14,337 nt of DNA from Promethearchaeia archaeon (GTDB taxonomy: Archaea; Asgardarchaeota; Lokiarchaeia; Sigyniarchaeales; SOKP01). Shown here piece after piece: positions 1-7,607 of this stretch. Within the stretch, counting starts at the first letter, position 1. Every line of letters begins with the position of its first letter. The stretch is taken from contig JAHQWH010000222.1 in assembly GCA_029856105.1 (NCBI GenBank), positions 1-14,337 on the forward strand, in the 5' to 3' direction. The notes beneath the pieces were generated by a model. The model was not told the origin of the DNA. It was given only the letters and a program-made list of their open reading frames with translations, and ran no database searches. The position numbers were made by a program, and so were the translations under genes.

Positions 1-80
1 TAAAGAATAGGAGAAGCTTTTCTCTTTTAAAAGACGTGTTGTCTATTGCTATCGATAAACACGAGTTTTAGATAAGACGA

Positions 81-1175
81 TTACTTTAAAAAGCCCTTAA
101 CTTTTAATAATTCGGCGTTCAAGATTGCTCCACCTGCCGCGCCTCTAATTGTATTATGACTTAACGCGACAAACTTGTAATCGAAAACATTATCTTTCCT
201 CAATCGACCAACAGTAACTGCCATACCTTTATCATTATCTCTATCCTTCCTTGGTTGTGGTCTGTCAATGTTTTCTAAGTAAATAATCGGTTGTTTTGGC
301 GCGAACGGCAAATCTAATTCTTGAGGAACTGATTTAAACTCTTTCCAGATTTTAATAATTTCTTCTTTTGTAGGTATTTTATTTTTAAACTTCAAGTTGA
401 CGCATGCCGTGTGGCCGTCTGTAACGGGAACCCGTGTACAAGTTGCACTTATTTGTATAGAATCGTTGTTAATTATTCCTTTTTCTCCAACTTTTCCTAA
501 GACTTTTAACGGCTCCTTTTCAGATTTTTCTTCCTCCCCTCCAATATAAGGTACGATGTTATCCAACATATCTAAAGAAGGGACTCCGGGGTATCCTGCC
601 CCAGAAACAGCTTGAAGCGTAGTCACGATCAATTTTTCTACTTTAAATCCATTTACTTCGAGAGCATAAATTGGTGTTATATAACTCTGAATTGAACAAT
701 TAGGTTTAACCACGACAAATCCTTTTGATATCCCTCTATTTTTTTGTTGAATAGGAATTATTTCTGTATGATTATAGTTAATTTCTGGTATTATCATGGG
801 TACATCCACAGTCCATCTGTTTGCTGAACTGTTACTGATAACGGGAATACCTTTCTCAGCGTACTTAAATTCAATTGTTTTTGTATCCTCTTTTTGAGGT
901 AAGTCCATAGCTGAAAATACGAAGCTTATATTAGATTTAAGGGAGTCAAAATCTTGAACGTCTCTGACGATTAAATCCTTAACTTCTTTTGGGATTTCTA
1001 TTGACATCTGCCACTTTTCCTTAACGGCTTCCTCGTAAGGTTTACCTGCGGATCTATGTGAAGCTGCAACATCAGTAATTTTAAACCAGGGGTGTTCTTG
1101 CAATAATTTAATATAGTTCTGTCCAACAACCCCAGTTGCTCCCAATATACTAATTTTTATTTTTTCCGAAGGCAT
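81..1175 (-). CDS. asd: Aspartate-semialdehyde dehydrogenase (archaeal/fungal type)
   Basis: N-terminal Rossmann motif ILGATGVVGQ, catalytic KPNCS, QAVSGAG, CTRVPVTDGH and C-terminal SHNTIRGAAGGAILNAEL. Confidence 0.97.
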   Translation of the reverse strand: MPSEKIKISILGATGVVGQNYIKLLQEHPWFKITDVAASHRSAGKPYEEAVKEKWQMSIEIPKEVKDLIVRDVQDFDSLKSNISFVFSAMDLPQKEDTKTIEFKYAEKGIPVISNSSANRWTVDVPMIIPEINYNHTEIIPIQQKNRGISKGFVVVKPNCSIQSYITPIYALEVNGFKVEKLIVTTLQAVSGAGYPGVPSLDMLDNIVPYIGGEEEKSEKEPLKVLGKVGEKGIINNDSIQISATCTRVPVTDGHTACVNLKFKNKIPTKEEIIKIWKEFKSVPQELDLPFAPKQPIIYLENIDRPQPRKDRDNDKGMAVTVGRLRKDNVFDYKFVALSHNTIRGAAGGAILNAELLKVKGFLK

Positions 1176-1289
1176 ATTAGTTCAAGTTGATATTAAATTT
1201 TTAAACTCTTTAATGAGTAATTATAGAATAATTTTATTAAATTAATAATTTATAAATATCATAATAATCAAAAACTTGTTGTAAAATAT

Positions 1290-2651
1290 ATGCCAAGCCA
1301 AAATGCTTATATATTGAAAAAAGCTGAACAGTTGACGTTTCAATCTAAAATTGCAATAAGAAATAAAAATTACAAATCAGCTATTTCGTCTTTATTAATA
1401 GCTAAAGATCTCTATACTAAATTAGGATTAACAGGAGAAATTGGGATTGTAATAAAAGAAATTGTTCGATTAAAGAATTTAGAAAAAGAGGAAAATATCT
1501 CTTTAACCGTATCTAAAGATAAATTTATTACTCCCAGCGATAGAGTCCCTTTTAAATCCAGTCTGAATAGAGATAAAGTAGCACAGTCTGAAGATAATCA
1601 GATATCGGAGATAAAGGGAAACGAAATTTTAGAGAGTGCTAGAGAATTAGCTCTAGAAGACAAATTTGATGAATCTGTGAAGCTTTATAACAAAGCGTAT
1701 AATATTTTCAAGCAACTTAGTTATGATTACGAATGTAAGCAAATATTGTGGCAAATAAATGAAATTAAAGAATACCAACGATGGGGCCAATTACGAAAAT
1801 CTAAAGGCATTCAAGTTCCCTTAAAAGATATCGTAGCGTTAGCTTCTGCTGAAAGAAGGCGACAGAAAATACAAAAAGGCTTAGGCGTAGGGAGAAAACC
1901 TATAGAAATTGCTGGAAGTAAATTAGAAAAACAAAAAGACCCGGTATTAACTCAACGTAAAAAATACAAATTATTTGAACAAATGAAAAAAAACGAGGAA
2001 ATGGAAAACGAGATAGCAAACCGATCAGTTTCAATGGTAACAGAACAACATGATCAAAGAAATCAAAAATGGAAAGAACATCAAAACAAATTAAAACTAC
2101 TTCGAGAAAAGAAAATGCAAGAAGAAGCTCTTACTGCAAAAGCACAGGATCTTTTAAGCAAAGGAAATCAAAGTCTTCAACATAAAGATTACAATGAGGC
2201 TAAATCTTTATATAAACAAGCGATTGAATTATTTACTCAGCTTGGTTGGCGTGATCAAATAACTCTTTTGCGAAATGAGTTATTAAATATAGATCGATAT
2301 AAAAAGGAGGAAGAATTGAAGTTAGAGCGAGCTACATTAAAAAAATTAGAAGAAGAAAGAGAATTTCAGAAAAAAGTTTCAAGTGTTTTAAGTGAGAAGC
2401 AAAGATATAAAGCAAAGCTACAGCAAAGACAACTTGCTCTTTCTCCTGAAATTAAAAACAAGTTAGAGAAAGCAGAGCTAATAAGAGCTAAAGCAGAAAG
2501 AGAAGAGAGCATGAACAAATTTTCCAGAGTTCTGGCTCGGTATCAGTATATTCTTCAATTATACGAATCAATTCCTAAAGATTCCATTGATTTATCTATC
2601 AAGGTCTCAGAAATAGAGCAAAAGATTTTAGAGTTAAAAGCGAAATTGTAA
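1290..2651 (+). CDS. Hypothetical helical-repeat (TPR/MIT-like) coiled-coil protein
   Basis: 453-aa ORF. It has four dispersed helical units (e.g. KNYKSAISSLLIAKDLYTKLG, DKFDESVKLYNKAYNIFKQLS, KDYNEAKSLYKQAIELFTQLGW) separated by E/K/Q-rich coiled-coil. Confidence 0.7.
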   Translation: MPSQNAYILKKAEQLTFQSKIAIRNKNYKSAISSLLIAKDLYTKLGLTGEIGIVIKEIVRLKNLEKEENISLTVSKDKFITPSDRVPFKSSLNRDKVAQSEDNQISEIKGNEILESARELALEDKFDESVKLYNKAYNIFKQLSYDYECKQILWQINEIKEYQRWGQLRKSKGIQVPLKDIVALASAERRRQKIQKGLGVGRKPIEIAGSKLEKQKDPVLTQRKKYKLFEQMKKNEEMENEIANRSVSMVTEQHDQRNQKWKEHQNKLKLLREKKMQEEALTAKAQDLLSKGNQSLQHKDYNEAKSLYKQAIELFTQLGWRDQITLLRNELLNIDRYKKEEELKLERATLKKLEEEREFQKKVSSVLSEKQRYKAKLQQRQLALSPEIKNKLEKAELIRAKAEREESMNKFSRVLARYQYILQLYESIPKDSIDLSIKVSEIEQKILELKAKL

Positions 2652-2703
2652 TATTTTAGGCTTCTTTTATATAACTAATTAATTAATTAAATTTTGTAAT
2701 TAC

Positions 2704-3744
2704 ATGAAGAATCCCTTTTTAGAATTTTCCCACGTCCATAATTCAAAAGAATTGTTAGACATAGCTTTTAAGAGAGCTATGAAAAGTAGCGCTCAAGTCT
2801 CAAAGAATGCGCCTATTCTTTTAAAGGCAAAAAAAAAGGAATTTACACGAATAAAAGTAGCAATTAAGGAATTAATAGAGAGAATTCTTACTATAATTAA
2901 GAAAGTGCCAATAATAGACGAGCTACCTGATTTTTACAAAGAGTTAGCGTCATTATTGGTCGATATTGACGAGTTAAAATTAACTCTTGGAAAACTTAAT
3001 GGAATTTTACCCGTTTTAAGCAAATTAGAAAGGGAACATTCAAAAAAATTAAGTCAGATTGAAACACCTAAAGACGCTGATCGAATCAGAAGAGCTGCTT
3101 TCGGAAGAGTTTCGTCGATAATTAGAAAACAAAATAAAAACCTCGAATATTTAAATAGCGTTAGAGGGAGATTAAAAGAAATCCCCTCGCTCGATTATAC
3201 TACGCATTGTATCGTAGTCGCGGGATATCCTAATGTGGGTAAAAGTAGTATTGTGAAAAATATTTCAACGAATAAAAAAGTTGAAATTCAAGAATACCCC
3301 TTCACAACAAAAAAATTATCGTTAGGCCATCTATTTATCGAGAAGAGATTTGATTCAATTAAATTACAAATTATGGATACGCCCGGAATATTGGACAGGT
3401 CAATGACAGAAAGAAACAACATTGAATTACAAGCAGTTTTAGCCCTAAAACTAATATCGGATTTAATTCTTTTCGTATTTGATCCAACTCCCGCATGTGG
3501 TTATTCTATTGATTCGCAATTGGACTTATTTTCCGAAGTTAAAAATAATTTTACAAAAGAGGGAAAAATCCAGATAGTAATTCTATTCAATAAAATGGAT
3601 TTAGCCAACTCTGATGAGATCGAATATCTTAAAGAAAAATTAAATATAAGAGACGAGGAGTACTTTTTAATTAACGCTTTAACCGGAGAAAATCTTGATG
3701 ATGTGGTAAAGTACTTAAAGGATAAATACGCTAACTCACAGTAA
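2704..3744 (+). CDS. nog1: NOG1-family (Obg-like) GTP-binding protein, ribosome biogenesis
   Basis: G1 GYPNVGKSS, G2 YPFTTK, G3 DTPGILDR, G4 NKMD, RNNIELQA motif, and an N-terminal helical domain with LPDFYKEL. Confidence 0.93.
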   Translation: MKNPFLEFSHVHNSKELLDIAFKRAMKSSAQVSKNAPILLKAKKKEFTRIKVAIKELIERILTIIKKVPIIDELPDFYKELASLLVDIDELKLTLGKLNGILPVLSKLEREHSKKLSQIETPKDADRIRRAAFGRVSSIIRKQNKNLEYLNSVRGRLKEIPSLDYTTHCIVVAGYPNVGKSSIVKNISTNKKVEIQEYPFTTKKLSLGHLFIEKRFDSIKLQIMDTPGILDRSMTERNNIELQAVLALKLISDLILFVFDPTPACGYSIDSQLDLFSEVKNNFTKEGKIQIVILFNKMDLANSDEIEYLKEKLNIRDEEYFLINALTGENLDDVVKYLKDKYANSQ

Positions 3745-3856
3745 TTATAAAATTTGACTCGAGACTAAAAATAAGATCTACCGAGGAAAATTAAAAAGAT
3801 TAAAAGGATAAATAGCATAAATATTGTTTAATAGATTTTAAAAAATTATCAAAGCG

Positions 3857-4333
3857 ATGTATATGGAAAAAATAGAAATTGATTTAAAAAATCTGAAAGT
3901 CGAACAATTAGGTTTTGTATATAAGGATGTTGAAAAACAAGCAAAAATTTTTGAAGAACTCTTCAATGTGCCAAAATTTGCAATTATACCAGAAACAACT
4001 CAAGTTCTTAAATATAGAGGAAAAGACTCGAAAGTAAACACAAAGATTGCAATAAGTCGCCAATTTAACATTCAAATTGAATTGATTCAACTTATCGAAG
4101 GTGAATCAGTCTTTAAAGAATTTATAGATCAAGGTAGGGAAGGTCTTCATCATATCAGTCTTTTTATTGAAGATATAGATTCATATATTGAATATTTCGA
4201 AAAACGCGGAATTGAAATGATATATTCAGGATCAATAGGGAAACGAGTTTATGCTTTTTTTGATACAGAAGAAACTTTAGGCATGCTTCTTGAAGTGCAA
4301 GAAACTAGAAAAAGTAGAAAGAAGAAGACCTAA
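3857..4333 (+). CDS. VOC (glyoxalase / methylmalonyl-CoA epimerase-like) family protein
   Basis: QLGFVYKDVEK, QIELIQ, EFIDQGREGLHHI and G.LLEV pattern typical of Glyoxalase_4/VOC proteins. The start could be 3857 or 3863. Confidence 0.85.
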   Translation: MYMEKIEIDLKNLKVEQLGFVYKDVEKQAKIFEELFNVPKFAIIPETTQVLKYRGKDSKVNTKIAISRQFNIQIELIQLIEGESVFKEFIDQGREGLHHISLFIEDIDSYIEYFEKRGIEMIYSGSIGKRVYAFFDTEETLGMLLEVQETRKSRKKKT

Positions 4334-4413
4334 AATACGATAATTATATTTTTCAATTCTTTATCCCCAGTTAAAATTTTATAGGAACTTCTAGATAGGC
4401 TTATACAGTAATT

Positions 4414-5493
4414 ATGGCATGTAAATACATTTTAGGACTCGATATTGGTGGAGCGAATACTAAAGCGGTTCTTGTTAAATTTGAAAACTCAGAAATTTTT
4501 GAATCGTTTTCATTTATAGAATATTTTCCTTTCTGGGAAAAAAATTTAAACGACATTCCTAATATGCTTAAGAGAATCGTAGAAAACTTAATTATCAAGA
4601 ACAAGGTATCCCTAAAAGAAGTAGACTTTATCCCTATTACTATTACTGCCGAGCTTTCAGATGCGTTTCAAACTAAACGCGAAGGCATTTCTACAATATT
4701 AGATGCTTTAGAACAAGTCTTTGATGCCAAAAAAATGTTTTTTATTAACAATAATAACAAGTTTTTCAATTTCTCTCAAATAAAAGAAGATTATGCATCA
4801 ATTGCGGCAGCTAATTGGGTGTCAACCTCGTTATTTTTAGGTAAATTCGTTTCAAAATGTATTTTAATAGATGCGGGCTCTACTACTATTGATATAATCC
4901 CTATTATAAATTCTGTACCTGTTGCTAAGGGAAAAATCGATGTTGAGAGGTTAATGAATCACGAATTGATTTACACGGGTGGTTTAAGGGCAACGATACC
5001 ATCTATAACTCATATTGTTCCCTATAAAGGGAAGATGGCTCGAATCTCTTTCGAAAAGTTTGCTCTAGTTTCGGATGTTCATAGAATATTAAATAATATT
5101 TCTGACGAAGAATATATTAACGATACTGCAGATAATCGTTCAAAATCGTTAGAAAATTGCTACGCCCGATTAGCAAGGGTGATATGTATGGACTTAGAAA
5201 CTATTTCAAAAACAGAATTAGATACAATTGCGAAATATATTTATGATGAACAACTGGAGATAATTATAACAGAAATTCAAGAATTCATGAAAGATTTAAC
5301 TCTTAGAAAGCCTGAATTTAACAATGAGCCAAAATTTGTTATTACGGGATTATCTGCGGGATTTTTAATTAAAAAAGTTCTACAAAAATTAGGGTATAGG
5401 AATATTTTAAGCTATGAAGAAATCACTAATATTCCGGATCGTATTAGCTCTTCCGCTTTTGCTGTTGCGGGAGCATTTTATTTTCAATTGTAA
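4414..5493 (+). CDS. mfnF: MfnF-like methanofuran biosynthesis enzyme (H4MPT-linked C1 transfer protein, hydantoinase/oxoprolinase family)
   Basis: LGLDIGGANTKA, ITAELSDAF.TKREG, AAANW, DAGSTTIDIIPI, ELIYTGGLR, DTADNR..S.ENCYARLARVIC. Adjacent to an mfnE-like kinase. Confidence 0.88.
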   Translation: MACKYILGLDIGGANTKAVLVKFENSEIFESFSFIEYFPFWEKNLNDIPNMLKRIVENLIIKNKVSLKEVDFIPITITAELSDAFQTKREGISTILDALEQVFDAKKMFFINNNNKFFNFSQIKEDYASIAAANWVSTSLFLGKFVSKCILIDAGSTTIDIIPIINSVPVAKGKIDVERLMNHELIYTGGLRATIPSITHIVPYKGKMARISFEKFALVSDVHRILNNISDEEYINDTADNRSKSLENCYARLARVICMDLETISKTELDTIAKYIYDEQLEIIITEIQEFMKDLTLRKPEFNNEPKFVITGLSAGFLIKKVLQKLGYRNILSYEEITNIPDRISSSAFAVAGAFYFQL

Positions 5494-5508
5494 TATCTGG
5501 GGTCAATA

Positions 5509-6234
5509 ATGCTATATAATAACGCAGTTTTTAAAATAGGTGGAAAAATTTTAGAAGATTATAAAAACTTCGAATGTACAATATCTCAGCTTAAAAAATT
5601 GTATGAGGATAACACCCTTCAGAAAATAATTATAATCCCTGGGGGCGGATCGTACGCTAATTTTATTAGAAGTATTGACAAAAATTTAGTACTTGGGGAT
5701 GACCTTGCCCATTGGATGGCCATCTTTTCTATGAATTATAACGGTAAAGATTTGAATAGGTTATTTCCAGATTTGGAATGTGTCGATGATTTCAAGAGCA
5801 TACAAAGCGCTAAAAGAATTTTTTGCATCTTTTTGCCATATAATTATCTCAGGAAAAAAGACGAATTACCACATAACTGGGATGTTACTTCTGACTCAAT
5901 AGCAATCTATATTGCTAATAGATTGAATCTTAACGAGTGTTATTTAATTAAGGATATAGAGGGAATCTATAACAAAAATAATGAAGTAATTAAAGAAATC
6001 TCCACAATCCAATATAGAGAGTTAAAAAAAAGCGGGGGTTTGGCTGAAATCGGATTAAATCAAGATAAGTTAAAAAAATCAAAACCAATTGATTCCTATT
6101 TGTTAACATTAATAGATAAATACAAAATTAGCTGTATTTTATTAAACGGCACCTTACAAAATTCACGCATATTCAATTACTTTAAAAGTATTGAATTGGA
6201 AAACCAAGTTTACACTAAAATTAACTTTTCTTAA
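5509..6234 (+). CDS. mfnE: MfnE-like 5-(aminomethyl)-3-furanmethanol phosphate kinase (amino-acid kinase family)
   Basis: KIGG, IIPGGGSYANFIR, AHWMAI..M, LPHNWDVTSDSIA and IKDIEGIY motifs. Starts 15 nt after the mfnF stop. Confidence 0.85.
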   Translation: MLYNNAVFKIGGKILEDYKNFECTISQLKKLYEDNTLQKIIIIPGGGSYANFIRSIDKNLVLGDDLAHWMAIFSMNYNGKDLNRLFPDLECVDDFKSIQSAKRIFCIFLPYNYLRKKDELPHNWDVTSDSIAIYIANRLNLNECYLIKDIEGIYNKNNEVIKEISTIQYRELKKSGGLAEIGLNQDKLKKSKPIDSYLLTLIDKYKISCILLNGTLQNSRIFNYFKSIELENQVYTKINFS

Positions 6235-6365
6235 TTATATTTTAGCCTAAAATTATATAGTTTAAGAAGAAAATTGGATATAAATTAAAGTTTTAATTAA
6301 AATGAGAATAATTAAAATATATAATTAATAATTTTAAAAGTAAAAAATAGACGAGTGATGGGATA

Positions 6366-6866
6366 TTGGAACCAGAAGAAGTTAAGAAAAATGCAGATTT
6401 CTTGGTTAAAAATCTTGCTGGAAAAGAAGTTCAAGGATCGGCAACAGTAAATGTAAGATATAAAACATTAGTCGGATTTGCTAAAGTATATGGCATCACC
6501 GATCCAAAATATGTTGGACCCGAAGAGGAAGGAATAATTGCGTGTCACGCTTTTGCTAACAATTTCACAATCAAGGCACTATATAAATTGCTTTTAGGAA
6601 TGAAAGTGATACAAGATGGCATAGAACGACCTTTTATGTTAAATGTAGGCAAACTATTACATGGGGGTCAGAAATACGACTGGGAAGGATGCGTAGATGT
6701 GAAACCAGGAGATAAGCTTAAAATCTCTGCTAAATGGGGTAAAGTTTGGGTCGTAGAGAAAAACATGGTATTATTTGCTGAATTGTTCGTCTCCGTAAAA
6801 AATCAAAACAGCGAATTAGTTTGCAAACCTATGGTTACAGTTGCAGTGCGGCCGGGAGGCTACTAA
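6366..6866 (+). CDS. MaoC-N / HadA-like hotdog-fold dehydratase subunit (probably non-catalytic)
   Basis: FAKVYGITDPKY, LLHGGQKYDW and VKPGDKL match the MaoC_dehydrat_N pattern. It lacks the D-x-N-P-x-H motif. TTG start with GAGTGA upstream at 6353-6358. Confidence 0.75.
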   Translation: MEPEEVKKNADFLVKNLAGKEVQGSATVNVRYKTLVGFAKVYGITDPKYVGPEEEGIIACHAFANNFTIKALYKLLLGMKVIQDGIERPFMLNVGKLLHGGQKYDWEGCVDVKPGDKLKISAKWGKVWVVEKNMVLFAELFVSVKNQNSELVCKPMVTVAVRPGGY

Positions 6867-6896
6867 TGCCGCAGAAAAAAAATGGAGGTAAAAAAA

Positions 6897-7445
6897 ATGG
6901 TAAAAATTTCAGATGTTAAAGTTGGAGAAGTTATTAAAAATAAATTTAATGGAATTACCCGAGATTTGTTAAAAAAATATGCGAAAGCATCAGGAGATAC
7001 CAACCCAATACACACAAACGATGTTGTAGCTGAAAAGGCGGGACTTAAAGGCATAATAGCTCATGGGCTCTTTAGTTTTGGATTCATTACAAAATTATTT
7101 GAAGATTTTATAGAGCATGGAAAATATGGAAAACTCGTTGAAACAGATGTGAGCATGAGGTCTATGGTAAGGTGTGGAGATTTACTTATTACTGAAGCTA
7201 ACATTACAAAAATTGAAGGGAAGAGCGTTTATTTCGATGTTAAGCAAAGTACAATAACAGATGTTGATATTAAAGATAAAGACGGTAATATTATAGAGCA
7301 ATTTGAAGCTGGTGAGAGAGGGTATATTTCTGAAAAAGATATTGAGAAAGGATTAGTCAAAACAAAGGATGTTCCAAAGGGTATTCTTACATATCGAGAG
7401 AGAATTGCTACTCCAGGTACTGCGATAATTGAATTATTTGAATAA
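6897..7445 (+). CDS. MaoC / HadB-like (R)-specific enoyl-CoA hydratase / hydroxyacyl dehydratase
   Basis: Hydratase-2 motif YAKASGDTNPIHTND..AEKAGLKGIIAHG. The start is moved from 6882 to ATG 6897 because SD GGAGGT (6884-6889) lies 7 nt upstream of it. Confidence 0.88.
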   Translation: MVKISDVKVGEVIKNKFNGITRDLLKKYAKASGDTNPIHTNDVVAEKAGLKGIIAHGLFSFGFITKLFEDFIEHGKYGKLVETDVSMRSMVRCGDLLITEANITKIEGKSVYFDVKQSTITDVDIKDKDGNIIEQFEAGERGYISEKDIEKGLVKTKDVPKGILTYRERIATPGTAIIELFE

Positions 7446-7458
7446 ATTTCAATTTCAA

Positions 7459-7497
7459 TATTTTTTTAGTTTTTTATACTATTTTTTTAGTTTTTTT
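7459..7497 (+). terminator. Duplicated oligo-T tract, probable archaeal terminator of the MaoC pair
   Basis: TATTTTTTTAGTTTTTT occurs at 7459-7475 and 7480-7496 (period 21), starting 14 nt after the stop at 7445. Confidence 0.6.
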
Positions 7498-7607
7498 CTG
7501 ATTAATTTTAAAATGATATAATTTTATGTTATTGTTGAAAAACATTTTTAAAGATTAACATCAAAAATGTAATTAGTTCAATATTAGAATTACAATATAC
7601 AAGGCTA

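Noticed and set aside
3-71. Possible 3' end of a convergent + strand gene (KNRRSFSLLKDVLSIAIDKHEF*) and hairpin GAGAA-GCTT-TTCTC
   Set aside because: Too short to distinguish coding sequence from a terminator without upstream sequence.
1176-1289. Palindrome-like AT runs in the asd/1290 divergent promoter (similar runs at 2670-2695 and 6235-6350)
   Set aside because: The sequence is almost pure A/T, so palindromes and TATA-like boxes are expected by chance. No specific site can be supported.
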